A DNA stretch of 64,000 bases from Candidatus Sungiibacteriota bacterium (GCA_016186145.1 JACPMF010000007.1:19302-83301); one strand, 5' to 3'. Shown: positions 1 through 9,573, numbered from the stretch's first letter. Notes: a model not told the origin generated them from the letters alone. A program made the numbers and translations.

Positions 1-339
1 CCATCGCCGGCATGCGGCGTCATCGGAAATTGGCGGCAAACTCTTCACGGCCACCCAATGATGGCGAGAAACGACTCCCGAATCCGGATTCGTTGAAACA
101 TTGTGAACTTCCACGACCTCGTCGGTCGGATGGTGAATCAGATGCCCAACTTCCTCAAACACTTCAGCGGCTGCCGAAATGGCAATCGTGCGATCCTTGG
201 AAGCACCGCCGCCAACGAGCTTTCGCCCGCGATCTTTTTCCTTATCGATAACAACAACAAATCGGTCTTCTGCCAAGCTTGCCGGCAGAAGAACAAAAAC
301 CGAAGTAGGAAGGTCTGGAAGGCCCAATAACTCATCCAT
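1..339 (-). CDS. Partial Nudix-hydrolase-like protein (runs off window start)
   Basis: Hand translation from ATG at 339: MDELLGLPDLPTSVFVLL...GGGASKDRTIAISAAAEVFEEVGH; degenerate Nudix box; purine-rich SD-like sequence upstream; not in the ORF track because there is no stop in the window. Confidence 0.5.
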   Translation of the reverse strand, partial: MDELLGLPDLPTSVFVLLPASLAEDRFVVVIDKEKDRGRKLVGGGASKDRTIAISAAAEVFEEVGHLIHHPTDEVVEVHNVSTNPDSGVVSRHHWVAVKSLPPISDDAACRRW

Positions 340-439
340 GGCTCTGTTCCCCCTTTCTTGGGAAGGTACTGCGATGCCTACAGACTATCACAAATTGACT
401 TTTTCGTCAAGGACAACTAAAATTTATAAAGACCCCCAT

Positions 440-529
440 AGTCCCGATTCGTCCTGCGCTTTGCGTAGATGACGAATCGAGGATCCTCGATTTTCTTGCT
501 GCGGCTTCGCCGCAGAGAAAATCGGGACT
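440..529. repeat. Two-armed palindromic element, empty copy of the GIY-YIG cassette scaffold
   Basis: AGTCCCGATT-[arm]-AATCGAGGATCCTCGATT-[arm]-AATCGGGAC, same scaffold as 31961-32288. Confidence 0.8.
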
Positions 530-738
530 CAATGGGCGAAAAGCGTTTAAATAGTCCCGCAACTTCCGCGACCAAAGGGAACGAGAAGTTGGCGAGAATC
601 CCGCACCTCCCAAACTGCTGACCTGTTAAAATATAGAGTCAGTATCGCGGAAGTACGGGATCGCGCACTCTAACCTCATCCCGCTTTCAGCGGGATTCGG
701 GATGGTGCGGTGACTTTTCACGGGATTATGGCTTTTTT

Positions 739-811
739 GCACCCATAGCTCAGCTGGCAGAGCAGTTGCCTCTTAAGCAAACGGTCGCAGGTTCGAATCC
801 TGCTGGGTGCA
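739..811 (+). tRNA. tRNA-Lys(CTT)
   Basis: Acceptor GCACCCA/TGGGTGC, D-arm GCTC..GAGC, anticodon loop CTCTTAA, T-arm GCAGG-TTCGAAT-CCTGC; CCA not encoded. Confidence 0.95.
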
Positions 812-825
812 AAAAATTCATCTAA

Positions 826-885
826 TCCCCGAAAAAGCTGCAGACTCTTAATCTGTAGATGTAGGTTCGATTCCTACTGGGGGAA
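826..885 (+). pseudogene. D-arm-less tRNA-Lys(CTT)-like remnant
   Basis: TGCAGA-CTCTTAA-TCTGTA anticodon arm, GTAGG-TTCGATT-CCTAC T-arm, TCCCCG/TGGGGGA acceptor; D-arm replaced by AAAAAGC. Confidence 0.65.
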
Positions 886-917
886 TTAAATCTGGAATTA
901 TAGATATTCAACTACTA

Positions 918-1853
918 TTACAGGGATTCGATCCCTGTAGAGAAAAGGGCCAACGCATTTTTTGTCGTCATTTCTGACACTTCTTCTACCGATAAATTTT
1001 TAAGCTCAGCAAGCTTTTTGGCAACCTCAATAACATATAGCGGTTCGTTGCGTTTGCCTCTGTAGGGAATGGGCGCCACGTAAGGAGCGTCTGTTTCTAG
1101 AAGTATGCGCTCCATCGGAATGTATTTTACAACTTCGTCGTAGTCGCGCGAAAAAGTTATGACGCCGCCGAAAGAAAACGAAAACCCCAAATCAAGAAGT
1201 TCTTTTGCGTCCTCTTTGACACCGGAAAAAAAATGAATAATGCCGGGAGGAGAACTTAGAACTTGGAGCTTGGAACTTAGAATTTGAATCAGGTCGGGAA
1301 ACGCTTGACGGCAATGAATCATCAGGGGCTTTTTAACCTCGGCGGCTAACTTGATTTGTTGAAGAAAAACTCGATGCTGTTTTGCTTTTCTCTCTTCTAT
1401 AGGCAATCCGCCTTCGCCACAGGTTTCGGCGGATGCTCGTTTTTGTTGTCGCTCGCGTTGCTCGCGAACAAAAACGGCATAATCTAATCCGCATTCGCCA
1501 ATCGCAACAACTTTCGGGTTCTCTGCTAATTTTTTGTAATACTCATAATCAAAAACCTCTCCCCTACTTTCAAATCCTCCTAATTCCTTATTCGTAATTC
1601 CTAATTCCTGTTCATCGTGATATGACTTTTCCGTGTGAATCGGATGAAGCCCCACAGCCGCATACACACCCTCCGTGTATTTTTCGGTAAACCCTACCGC
1701 CCGAGCCGCCGTGTCTTTTTGCGTGCCAACATTAACCATCCACACCCCGGAATCTCTTGCGCGCTTGATTACCAAATCAGCGTCGTCCCGAAACGCCGCG
1801 AATTGAACATGGGTGTGGATATCAAAAAGTTTTGGGATTGACAGAAATTTCAT
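918..1853 (-). CDS. tatD: TatD family DNase
   Basis: DIHTH, GLHP, AIGECGLDY, IHCR, LLETDAPY, RNEP motifs; three repeat-derived in-frame insertions. Confidence 0.95.
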   Translation of the reverse strand: MKFLSIPKLFDIHTHVQFAAFRDDADLVIKRARDSGVWMVNVGTQKDTAARAVGFTEKYTEGVYAAVGLHPIHTEKSYHDEQELGITNKELGGFESRGEVFDYEYYKKLAENPKVVAIGECGLDYAVFVREQRERQQKRASAETCGEGGLPIEERKAKQHRVFLQQIKLAAEVKKPLMIHCRQAFPDLIQILSSKLQVLSSPPGIIHFFSGVKEDAKELLDLGFSFSFGGVITFSRDYDEVVKYIPMERILLETDAPYVAPIPYRGKRNEPLYVIEVAKKLAELKNLSVEEVSEMTTKNALALFSTGIESL

Positions 1854-1924
1854 AAAAAGAGTACATTAAAAACACTCATCAACTATAGTACATTTATAAA
1901 AGGAAAAACCAAAAGGAGGTTGTA

Positions 1925-2314
1925 ATGAAGGGGATTTTCACGCTTCTGGCGATTCTGACAGTCCTAATGACTCCTATTGCCGCATTTGCCCTTGAACTCC
2001 CTGCCAACTATCAGACAAAGAGCGAGCTCGACGGCCCTTACGCATGCGACAAGGGAAAGACGACTGTTAAACAGTACATCAACGATGACGAGGAGTGGGG
2101 CGTCTTGGAGGTTTACACGGAATCAGGAGATACTTTCATCAACTTCGGAACAGCAAAGGGCCAAACCTTTGCCATTAAGAACGCATCGGAAACGAAAGAC
2201 GTATCTCACAAAGAGTGGGATGAAGCGCTGCTCAAGAGCGCACCCGTGGTCTTCCACACCCTTCATGGCACCGGCCGACCCGACTGCGTGCCGGCTCCGG
2301 CAAAAACAAATTAA
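1925..2314 (+). CDS. Secreted hypothetical protein
   Basis: Signal peptide ending AFA, AGGAGG SD, downstream terminator. Confidence 0.75.
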   Translation: MKGIFTLLAILTVLMTPIAAFALELPANYQTKSELDGPYACDKGKTTVKQYINDDEEWGVLEVYTESGDTFINFGTAKGQTFAIKNASETKDVSHKEWDEALLKSAPVVFHTLHGTGRPDCVPAPAKTN

Positions 2315-2319
2315 TCCAG

Positions 2320-2346
2320 GCGGGGGAACAATACCCCCGTTTTTTC
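2320..2346 (+). terminator. Intrinsic terminator
   Basis: CGGGGG-aacaata-CCCCCG followed by a T run. Confidence 0.7.
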
Positions 2347-2541
2347 ATTGTTTGCCTGCGAGCGTAAACCGATAGCCACAACGCGAGCAGATGCAAACAA
2401 TAGAACCCCGCACTAATTTTGCAACGGCAGTAGTAAAATTAATTGCTATGCTTAATATGTTTTGCAGACGCGAGTTGCGTGCGCCGAATAGGCGCACCCG
2501 TAAATAGGCGAAGCAGCTCGCCCCGATTTTACCCGCAAAAT

Positions 2542-4062
2542 TTAATGCGGGGTCTCACCTAATCTAGGAAAAAGAGCTTTCTCTTTTCTAACAACTAATA
2601 CCGAATCTTCAATATGAATCTGCTCCTTTATTTTTTCGGCTGTTTCCGGTAAAAACGGCTCCAGTAAATTGGCGATGGTGGAAATAACATAACCGGCATT
2701 TATAACAACGGCTTTCAAATCATCTCCGGCAAGCATCCAGGGCTTCTTCTCATTGATATATCTGTCGCTAAGCGAAACAAGCTTCCAAACGCTAATCAGC
2801 GCCTCGTTCAGCCGGAACCCCTCAAGCTGGCGCTCGTACTCCAGAAAAACATTCTTACAGCCGACGCGTATTCTTTCTTCAATTTCTTTTTCTCCGCCAG
2901 AGGCGGAGAAATCAAAACGAATCGGCCCGAGCTTCGCGCCAACCGCAGCAATCCGGGCCACCAGATTACCGAGTCCGTTAGCCAAGTCTCCGTTATAACG
3001 CTCTTCAAATTTTTTATAGCTAAAGTCGCCGTCTTCATACGAAGGAAATTCGCGCAAAAAATAATATCTAACTGGATCAGCTCCATATTTATCGACAACC
3101 TCATCCGGCGATATCACATTACCTACCGTTTTAGAAATCTTTTGGCCTTCGACGTTTACAAAGCCATGAACAAAAATTGTTTTGGGCAATTCAAGCCCTG
3201 CTGACAAAAGCATCCCCGGCCAGATTGCGGCGTGAAAACGCAAATTGTCCTTACCGACAACCTGAACGTCAGCCGGCCACCACTTAGAGAATGCTGAATG
3301 CTGAATGCTGAATGCTGAATCATCGTGGCCGTAGCCGATGGCAGAAATGTAGTTTACCAGCGCGTCGCACCATACATACATGGTTTGCGTCGGATCGTCC
3401 GGCACCGGCACGCCCCATGGCAAATCTTTGCTGGGTCGGGAAAAACTCACGTCCTCAAGGCCGCTTTTTATTAACGAGAGAATCTCATTTCTTCTCGAAT
3501 CCGGCAAAACGTTCATGCGTCCGGAAACGATCGCCTGCTCTATTTGTCGGGAAAATTTTGACAACCGAAAAAACCAATTTTCTTCCTCAACGACCTCCGG
3601 CTCTTTTTGGTGATCCTGGCATTTCCCGCCGATCAAATCTTTTTCGGTTATAAACGCTTCGTGCCCCACGCAATAAAGGCCGCGGTATTTTTTCCAATAT
3701 ATATCCCCTGAATCTTTCAGCGCCCGCCACATTTTTTGAGCGCCGGGCCAGTGCCGTTTCTGGTCGGATGTTCGTATGAAATCGTCGTAAGAGATATTCA
3801 GAAGTTTTTGCATATCACGGAACTTCTCTGAATTTTCATCAACCAGCTCTTTCGGCGTTTTTCTTTCTTCTTCCGCTTTTCGAACTATCTTTGCGCCATG
3901 CTCGTCGGTGCCAACCAAAAAACGGACATCGTCGCCCTTAATCCTTCGGTAGCGCGCAAGAACATCGGCAATAAGCGGATCCAAAATATGGCCGACATGG
4001 GGCGCGGCGTTAGCATACGGGATGCTGGTTGTAATATAAAATTTATTTTTTTGATTTGACAT
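2542..4062 (-). CDS. metG: Methionine--tRNA ligase (short form)
   Basis: YITTSIPYANAAPHVGH, GTDEHG, YVWCDAL, GKDNLRFH, KISKT; start placed at MSNQ (4062) rather than 4239. Confidence 0.95.
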   Translation of the reverse strand: MSNQKNKFYITTSIPYANAAPHVGHILDPLIADVLARYRRIKGDDVRFLVGTDEHGAKIVRKAEEERKTPKELVDENSEKFRDMQKLLNISYDDFIRTSDQKRHWPGAQKMWRALKDSGDIYWKKYRGLYCVGHEAFITEKDLIGGKCQDHQKEPEVVEEENWFFRLSKFSRQIEQAIVSGRMNVLPDSRRNEILSLIKSGLEDVSFSRPSKDLPWGVPVPDDPTQTMYVWCDALVNYISAIGYGHDDSAFSIQHSAFSKWWPADVQVVGKDNLRFHAAIWPGMLLSAGLELPKTIFVHGFVNVEGQKISKTVGNVISPDEVVDKYGADPVRYYFLREFPSYEDGDFSYKKFEERYNGDLANGLGNLVARIAAVGAKLGPIRFDFSASGGEKEIEERIRVGCKNVFLEYERQLEGFRLNEALISVWKLVSLSDRYINEKKPWMLAGDDLKAVVINAGYVISTIANLLEPFLPETAEKIKEQIHIEDSVLVVRKEKALFPRLGETPH

Positions 4063-4134
4063 GGTGTTCGCCCCCATGGTACAGATATTACTACGTTCTT
4101 TCAACAAATCAATTTCGCAATACGGAGGAAAAAA

Positions 4135-4836
4135 ATGGCCAGGAAAAGATTTCTTTACACGATTCTTGCCATTGCTGCCATTATCGCTCTTTTTACGACT
4201 ATTACTGTTTACAAACAAGAAAAAATTCAAAAGATTCAAGAAATAAAAGGGGGTTCAATTTCTACAAATACCGAAGATGCCGCAAAAGACTTACCGGAAT
4301 CCTCCACAATTAGGCAGGCGGCCCTGCTGGCAAAAAATGCGGCTGATAAACAGCGGGCTGAAGAAAAAAAGAGGTTAGACGAAGAAAAAAATATAAAAGC
4401 TGCCGAGGTAATCAGTAACGGATTAATGCTATACTATTTCAACGGTGGAAATAGCCCAACAAACCACATACCCTCCTCTGGCGTGATTAGATTAAAAACT
4501 GACAAATACGACAATTACAATCACAACAAGTTTGCCCCGGAGGTTTTCGCTCTATACCCTAAGTGTATGAATGATGAAGATAGAATGTACGTGGAACAAA
4601 CTTGTATATACACTGCATTCATTCTCGACAGAGTACCGCGCAACAAAGAACTCTTCGGGGCACTAGCGCTTGCGCGAGATGCCGGCATACAAATCGTATT
4701 AACTTATGCTGATAACAATGAACCTGGTAGCTTGTACAAAAGTACTAATACGCGGGGAACACCCCAGATATGGATTAATATTCTCACCACTGACCAAGCC
4801 ATTATAGATTATCTCACCAAAGACGCCAGTAAATAG
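4135..4836 (+). CDS. Membrane-anchored hypothetical protein
   Basis: N-terminal hydrophobic helix, coiled-coil-like segment, GGAGG SD. Confidence 0.7.
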   Translation: MARKRFLYTILAIAAIIALFTTITVYKQEKIQKIQEIKGGSISTNTEDAAKDLPESSTIRQAALLAKNAADKQRAEEKKRLDEEKNIKAAEVISNGLMLYYFNGGNSPTNHIPSSGVIRLKTDKYDNYNHNKFAPEVFALYPKCMNDEDRMYVEQTCIYTAFILDRVPRNKELFGALALARDAGIQIVLTYADNNEPGSLYKSTNTRGTPQIWINILTTDQAIIDYLTKDASK

Positions 4837-4839
4837 CCG

Positions 4840-4866
4840 AAAAAAGAGCGCTCGAAAGCGCTCTTT
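4840..4866. terminator. Bidirectional terminator
   Basis: AAAAAAGAGCGCT-CGAA-AGCGCTCTTT between convergent genes. Confidence 0.75.
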
Positions 4867-4868
4867 AA

Positions 4869-5924
4869 TTATCCGTTGCCGCCATACTGAAATACCCCCC
4901 TCTTTTTACGGTCGGTATCCGACAAAAACTCTACAAGCACGCTTGCAACCGGAACCGCCAAAAGAAGGCCGAGAACTCCGCCGAGTTTTCCCCCGATCAA
5001 AAGCGCTATGATGACCACCAGGGGATTCAATCCGATTGTTCTTCGCATAACCGTAGGGACGATCAAATGGCTTTCAATCTGCTGGATGACGAAGTAAACG
5101 GCGATAATGATAAGCCCGAGAACGGGACTTTGCACGAAAGCAACCGCCACGGCGGGTGCTGCGGCAAAAATCGGCCCGATAACCGGAATAACTTCGAAGA
5201 TAGCGGCGAGCACCGCAAAAACCAGACTGTACCGGACATCCAAAAGAGTAAGCGCGATGTAAACCATAATGCCGACAATAACCCCGAGAAGCGCCTGGGC
5301 GCGCAGCCACTGACCAAGCTTCTGCTGCGCCCTCAACCACAAGTCAACCGCATATTCCTCGTACTCAAGCGGAACAATCAGGCGGAGAAAATTCTCAATC
5401 CCTTTTTCCTGGGTCGCGAGGTAAAACGAGACGACAATGGTAATCACCGCAACGGTTACGCCGCCGAAAAAATCCACCGTCAGCGCAAGAGTATTCTCGG
5501 CAAGCTGTTGAAGCTGGCCGGGCGCTGCGGCAAAAAGTTCCTGCCGGTTCTCAACGAATAAACCCGAAAGAGGAACACCGGTAAACGATTGGATTTCCCG
5601 CAGAAGTTCGCGCTGATAAATAGGATACGAAGAAATAAAATTCTGAAGCTCGCCTACAACTGCCGGCAGGGCAAGATATATAACGCCGATAAGGAAAACG
5701 GCAGCAAGAGCGTAGATCACAATAACAGAGATAATCCGTGACACACGGTACTTTCTTCCGAACTGGACGATGGGTTCGATTGCCGATGCGAGAACCACGG
5801 CAAAAAGAAGGGCGGCCAGTATTTGCCACAGGTAGTATGCGGCAGCAACCAAAAACACGAGCCCCAAAAGACGGAGAAAGGTTCCCCAAGTAATGTCTAT
5901 TTTTTCTAGTTGTTTGGTAGGCAT
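4869..5924 (-). CDS. AI-2E (PerM/UPF0118) family transporter
   Basis: Multi-TM; IPVIGP, QQIESHLIVP, GLNPLVVI, GVLGLLLAVP motifs. Confidence 0.9.
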   Translation of the reverse strand: MPTKQLEKIDITWGTFLRLLGLVFLVAAAYYLWQILAALLFAVVLASAIEPIVQFGRKYRVSRIISVIVIYALAAVFLIGVIYLALPAVVGELQNFISSYPIYQRELLREIQSFTGVPLSGLFVENRQELFAAAPGQLQQLAENTLALTVDFFGGVTVAVITIVVSFYLATQEKGIENFLRLIVPLEYEEYAVDLWLRAQQKLGQWLRAQALLGVIVGIMVYIALTLLDVRYSLVFAVLAAIFEVIPVIGPIFAAAPAVAVAFVQSPVLGLIIIAVYFVIQQIESHLIVPTVMRRTIGLNPLVVIIALLIGGKLGGVLGLLLAVPVASVLVEFLSDTDRKKRGVFQYGGNG

Positions 5925-6142
5925 GCCAAATTTATTTAAATTTTGGAGCGAAGCGATAAAATTTAACTATAAATTTGAGCACCCCGTTAGATGCGGAAAT
6001 ATAGTAGTTTTCTACGCCTGGTAAAGTTATACGTGTTATACTTTTTGTAAATTTTTTTATGGTTTGTTCCGCTATCTAACGGGGTAAAGGTTTGGCGGCT
6101 GCGATTTTTGCGCCTGCCGCTTAAAATCGCAGGCCAAGCCCT
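5925..6142 (-). repeat. Composite stop-to-start structured element, copy A
   Basis: TAA|AGGGCTT-hairpin-CAAACCTTTA-CCCCGTTAGA...TCTAACGGGG-TGCTCAAATTTATAGTT...AAATTTGGC|ATG. Confidence 0.8.
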
Positions 6143-7411
6143 TTATATTTTTAACAACTTCTCCAGCTTCTCCCTCTCATACGCCGGCCCCAGAAGCGCT
6201 AGGTTCATTGTCTCCTCCTTTATTATATCACGAGCAACGCTCTGAATGTCTTCAACACTCACCGCATCGAGCTTTTTAAAAACCTCATCAATGGTCAGCG
6301 GCTTGCCGGTAAGAATCTCTTCGCCGCCGATAAAAGTGGCGAGGTTGGAAGAAGACTCCATGCCAATCAAGCTCGTTCCTTTTACGTAATCCCTCGCTTT
6401 CTTAAGCTCCTCTTCGGGAACCTTCAAATCGCGTATTTTCCTATACTCGCCGAGAATTGTTTCGATCGCTTTATCAAGCTTTTCTACGGGAACCCCGGCA
6501 TATGTCGCGAGGTAACCATAACGGCTATAATCGTCGAAACTCGTTGAAATATGATACGCGAGGCCAAGCTCTTCCCGTACTTCCAAAAACATGCGGGAGC
6601 TCATACCGCCGCCAAGAATCGTTGCAAGAAGGGACGCGGGCCATACACGCGGATCGTCCTTGCCGAAACCGCGAAAACCAAGAATAACGTGCATCTGATC
6701 CGTTTTCTTTTCCTCGTGAAAAAACGCGGGGGAAGATTGTCCTTCTTTGACTTTTGGCTGCGTCCTTGGCTCTCCGTCACGAAGGTCCCGGAAAGTCTCT
6801 TTTATTTTCTCAACCACCGCAGCCTCATTTTTAATGTTTCCGGCAACAATCACCGCAGTGTTTTTGGCAACGTACTGGCTATGAAAATAATCGACAAAAT
6901 CATCCCGCTTGAGAGATTTGATAACGGGTTCTTCGCCAAGCGTCTCCCACCCTGCCGGCTGATCTCCATATAACAACCTCTCCCAAAGGTAACCGGCCCG
7001 CTGGGGCGGATCGTCATGCCGCATGTGCATTTCTTCAATTATTACTCCCCGCTCGCGCTCTATCTCTTCTGCGGGGAGCGTTGAATTCAAAAATATGTCC
7101 GTCACTACATCAAAGGCCTGATCAAAATACTGGTAGCCGACTTTGGCAAAGTACCCCGTATATTCATTCGAGGTGAATGCGTTATACACCGCACCAAGGC
7201 CGTCGAGCTCAACCGCGATCTGAATTTTTGAAGGCCGTTTTACGGTGCCCTTGAAAAACATGTGCTCAAGAAAATGCGAGATGCCGTTGTTCTGCCGTGT
7301 CTCATGATTTGATCCGGTTCCCACAAAAATCAAAACCGTCACGGTGTTTGTCCCGCTCATTGAGGCCGTCAATATTCTCATCCCATTTGGAAGAACTTCT
7401 TTTTTGAACAT
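6143..7411 (-). CDS. M16 family zinc peptidase
   Basis: HFLEH inverted zinc motif, NAFTS, GGGMSSRMF. Confidence 0.95.
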   Translation of the reverse strand: MFKKEVLPNGMRILTASMSGTNTVTVLIFVGTGSNHETRQNNGISHFLEHMFFKGTVKRPSKIQIAVELDGLGAVYNAFTSNEYTGYFAKVGYQYFDQAFDVVTDIFLNSTLPAEEIERERGVIIEEMHMRHDDPPQRAGYLWERLLYGDQPAGWETLGEEPVIKSLKRDDFVDYFHSQYVAKNTAVIVAGNIKNEAAVVEKIKETFRDLRDGEPRTQPKVKEGQSSPAFFHEEKKTDQMHVILGFRGFGKDDPRVWPASLLATILGGGMSSRMFLEVREELGLAYHISTSFDDYSRYGYLATYAGVPVEKLDKAIETILGEYRKIRDLKVPEEELKKARDYVKGTSLIGMESSSNLATFIGGEEILTGKPLTIDEVFKKLDAVSVEDIQSVARDIIKEETMNLALLGPAYEREKLEKLLKI

Positions 7412-7420
7412 GCGAATTTT

Positions 7421-7645
7421 CTAAAGTTTTAAAAACTCTTTAAGAGAAAGACCGGCTTGTTTGAGGATCTTTAACAACAGGCCGCGACCGATATCTTTAC
7501 CGCCGTGCATTGGAACAGATGTCAGATGTTTCGTTACAGGATGCTGAAAGAAATAATGGCTGCCCTTTGCGTATATAAAACGAAAACCGGCGCGAACCAA
7601 TTTTCTTATAACCGTCCGGGCACCTATAATTGGTAATACGCTCAT
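7421..7645 (-). CDS. hicA: HicA family toxin
   Basis: GF..KGSH..VPMH..LLKILKQAG. Confidence 0.9.
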   Translation of the reverse strand: MSVLPIIGARTVIRKLVRAGFRFIYAKGSHYFFQHPVTKHLTSVPMHGGKDIGRGLLLKILKQAGLSLKEFLKL

Positions 7646-7911
7646 GCAACTGGTGCAAAAGAAGAGCGCCCATGGTTCTTTATTATTTGAATTACACCCT
7701 TCCTTTCCGCGTTAACTATAGCGCTAGCTTCAATGGCGCCTTCCACAGCTTCGGCAATCATTCGCCTTGCTTCAGCAATGGTCCTTCCCCAAGAAACCGC
7801 GCCCGGGACAGTACGAGCTTCCGCGGTAAAGCCGCCCATATCTTTCTCCGGCTCAAAAACGCACTCAAAAACTCCGTACTTTGTTTTTATAGATAAAATT
7901 TTCTTTACCAT
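7642..7911 (-). CDS. hicB: HicB family antitoxin (short)
   Basis: GGFTAE..VPGAVSWGRTIAEARRMIAEA; ATGA overlap with hicA. Confidence 0.85.
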   Translation of the reverse strand: MVKKILSIKTKYGVFECVFEPEKDMGGFTAEARTVPGAVSWGRTIAEARRMIAEAVEGAIEASAIVNAERKGVIQIIKNHGRSSFAPVA

Positions 7912-7938
7912 AAACGTACTTTAACACGTAAGCAGTCC

Positions 7939-9300
7939 CTATTGCAACCGTTCCGCGAAATAACTTTCCAAATCTTTCGCCGCAACTCTTTCTTGTTTCA
8001 TGCTGTCCCGATCCCGCACCGTAACTGTTTCGTCTTCCAGCGTCTGAAAATCAACAGTCACACACCACGGCGTCCCTATCTCATCCTGGCTGTAGTAGCG
8101 TTTACCGATATTCCCGCGGTCGTCCCACATCACCTGAACTTGGAATTTACCTGCCCGCCGGCCAGGCAGGGAACTTGGAGCTTTGAAAAGCTGATATATC
8201 TGGCGCGCTTTCTCAACCAACTGCGGCTTATTGGCAAGCAATGGAAACACGGCAACTTTGTACGGCGCGAGCCGCGGATGTAATTTTAGAACCACCCTGC
8301 CTTCTTCTTCATGATATGCATCAAGCAGAAAATACAACAACGGACGCTCGACGCCGCAGGAGGTTTCAATCACCCACGGAATGAAACGATCTTTTACCTC
8401 CGGATCAAAATACGAAAGATCCTCGCCGCTGAATTTTGCATGTTGTGACAAGTCCCAATTACCCCGATTATGAATTCCCTCAGCCTCTTTCCACCCAAAC
8501 GGCGTTTCGTATTCGATGTCCCAGGCCGAACGCGCATAGTGCGCCCGTTCATCCGGCGCGTGCTCCCGAAAACGAAGTCTATCCTTATTCAAGCCGAGCC
8601 CAATATACCATTTCATTCTTTCCTCTTTCCAAAATTCAAAAACTTCCGCCGCCGCTTTCTCTTCCGGACGCACGTAATACTGCAATTCCATTTGCTCAAA
8701 TTCGCGGAGCCGATAGGTAAAGTTCCCTGGCGTAATTTCGTTCCTGAAGGCTTTTCCAATCTGGGCAACGCCGAATGGAATTTTCGGATGCATGGAGTCG
8801 AGGATATTCTTAAAATTCACATGAACGCCTTGCGTTATCTCCCCGCGGAGATACACGGTTGATTTAGATTCTTCAACCGCGCCAAGCCTTGCTTCAACAA
8901 GAAGATTGAACTTCCGCGGCTCAGTCCAATCAACTTTCTCTTTCTTTGCTTTATGCCCCTCCCCGTGCGCCCTTATCTCTTCGTCAAAGTCGGCGCGGAT
9001 TCTTTCGTGGCATGTTTTGCATTCAACCAAAGGGTCGGTGAAAGAAGCGGTGTGTCCCGAAGCCTCCCATACTTTGGGGCTCATCAGGATCGAGGCGTTT
9101 ATCCCGAAAACATTTTCGCGGCGCAACACCATGTACTCCCACCACTGCTGTTTGAAATTAAATTTCAACTCCGCACCCAACGGGCCATAATCCCATGTTC
9201 CGGAAAGCCCGCCGTAAATCTCGGATCCGGGATAAATAAATCCGCGCCGCTTTGCAAGGGAGACAATTTTATCCATCAGCGATTGAGTTTCCTCTTTCAT
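7939..9300 (-). CDS. glyS: Glycine--tRNA ligase, homodimeric type
   Basis: RRGF.YPGSEIYGG, FRNEITP, REFEQMEL, IGKRY..QDEIGTP; start at MKEETQ. Confidence 0.95.
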   Translation of the reverse strand: MKEETQSLMDKIVSLAKRRGFIYPGSEIYGGLSGTWDYGPLGAELKFNFKQQWWEYMVLRRENVFGINASILMSPKVWEASGHTASFTDPLVECKTCHERIRADFDEEIRAHGEGHKAKKEKVDWTEPRKFNLLVEARLGAVEESKSTVYLRGEITQGVHVNFKNILDSMHPKIPFGVAQIGKAFRNEITPGNFTYRLREFEQMELQYYVRPEEKAAAEVFEFWKEERMKWYIGLGLNKDRLRFREHAPDERAHYARSAWDIEYETPFGWKEAEGIHNRGNWDLSQHAKFSGEDLSYFDPEVKDRFIPWVIETSCGVERPLLYFLLDAYHEEEGRVVLKLHPRLAPYKVAVFPLLANKPQLVEKARQIYQLFKAPSSLPGRRAGKFQVQVMWDDRGNIGKRYYSQDEIGTPWCVTVDFQTLEDETVTVRDRDSMKQERVAAKDLESYFAERLQ

Positions 9301-9361
9301 CTTTTTCTTTTTAGTCTGAACCAAACGCGCGGTCGAGGCAATTTCTTACCAACGATTTTTA

Positions 9362-9567
9362 ATTCCGCCAATCCCGCCGTACGGCAACTCTGTAGCCCCG
9401 ACAGGCTTGGTCTTTCGCGAAGCGAAAGCTGTCGGGGCGAAAGCGTAGCGAGGGCGAGCCGCTGGAGTCCAGACGCGAGAGCCCTCCGCGAAACTCGCCG
9501 CAGGCGAGTGAGTCGGAGGCTCCCGTCTCCGAGCCGGAGCGGTGCCGTTAGGCGGGATGGGCGGAAT
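9362..9567. repeat. Nested multi-hairpin intergenic element
   Basis: Closing stem ATTCCGCC.ATCCCGCC.ACGGCA / TGCCGT.GGCGGGAT.GGCGGAAT enclosing several GC-rich hairpins. Confidence 0.7.
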
Positions 9568-9573
9568 AATGCG

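Noticed and set aside
4063-4239. N-terminal extension of metG in the ORF track
   Set aside because: Overlaps the divergent gene at 4135 and lacks MetRS similarity.
9362-9567. RNase P RNA or T-box riboswitch
   Set aside because: Neither the GAGGAAAGUCC/P4 motifs nor the T-box GGTGGNACCGCG consensus was found on either strand.
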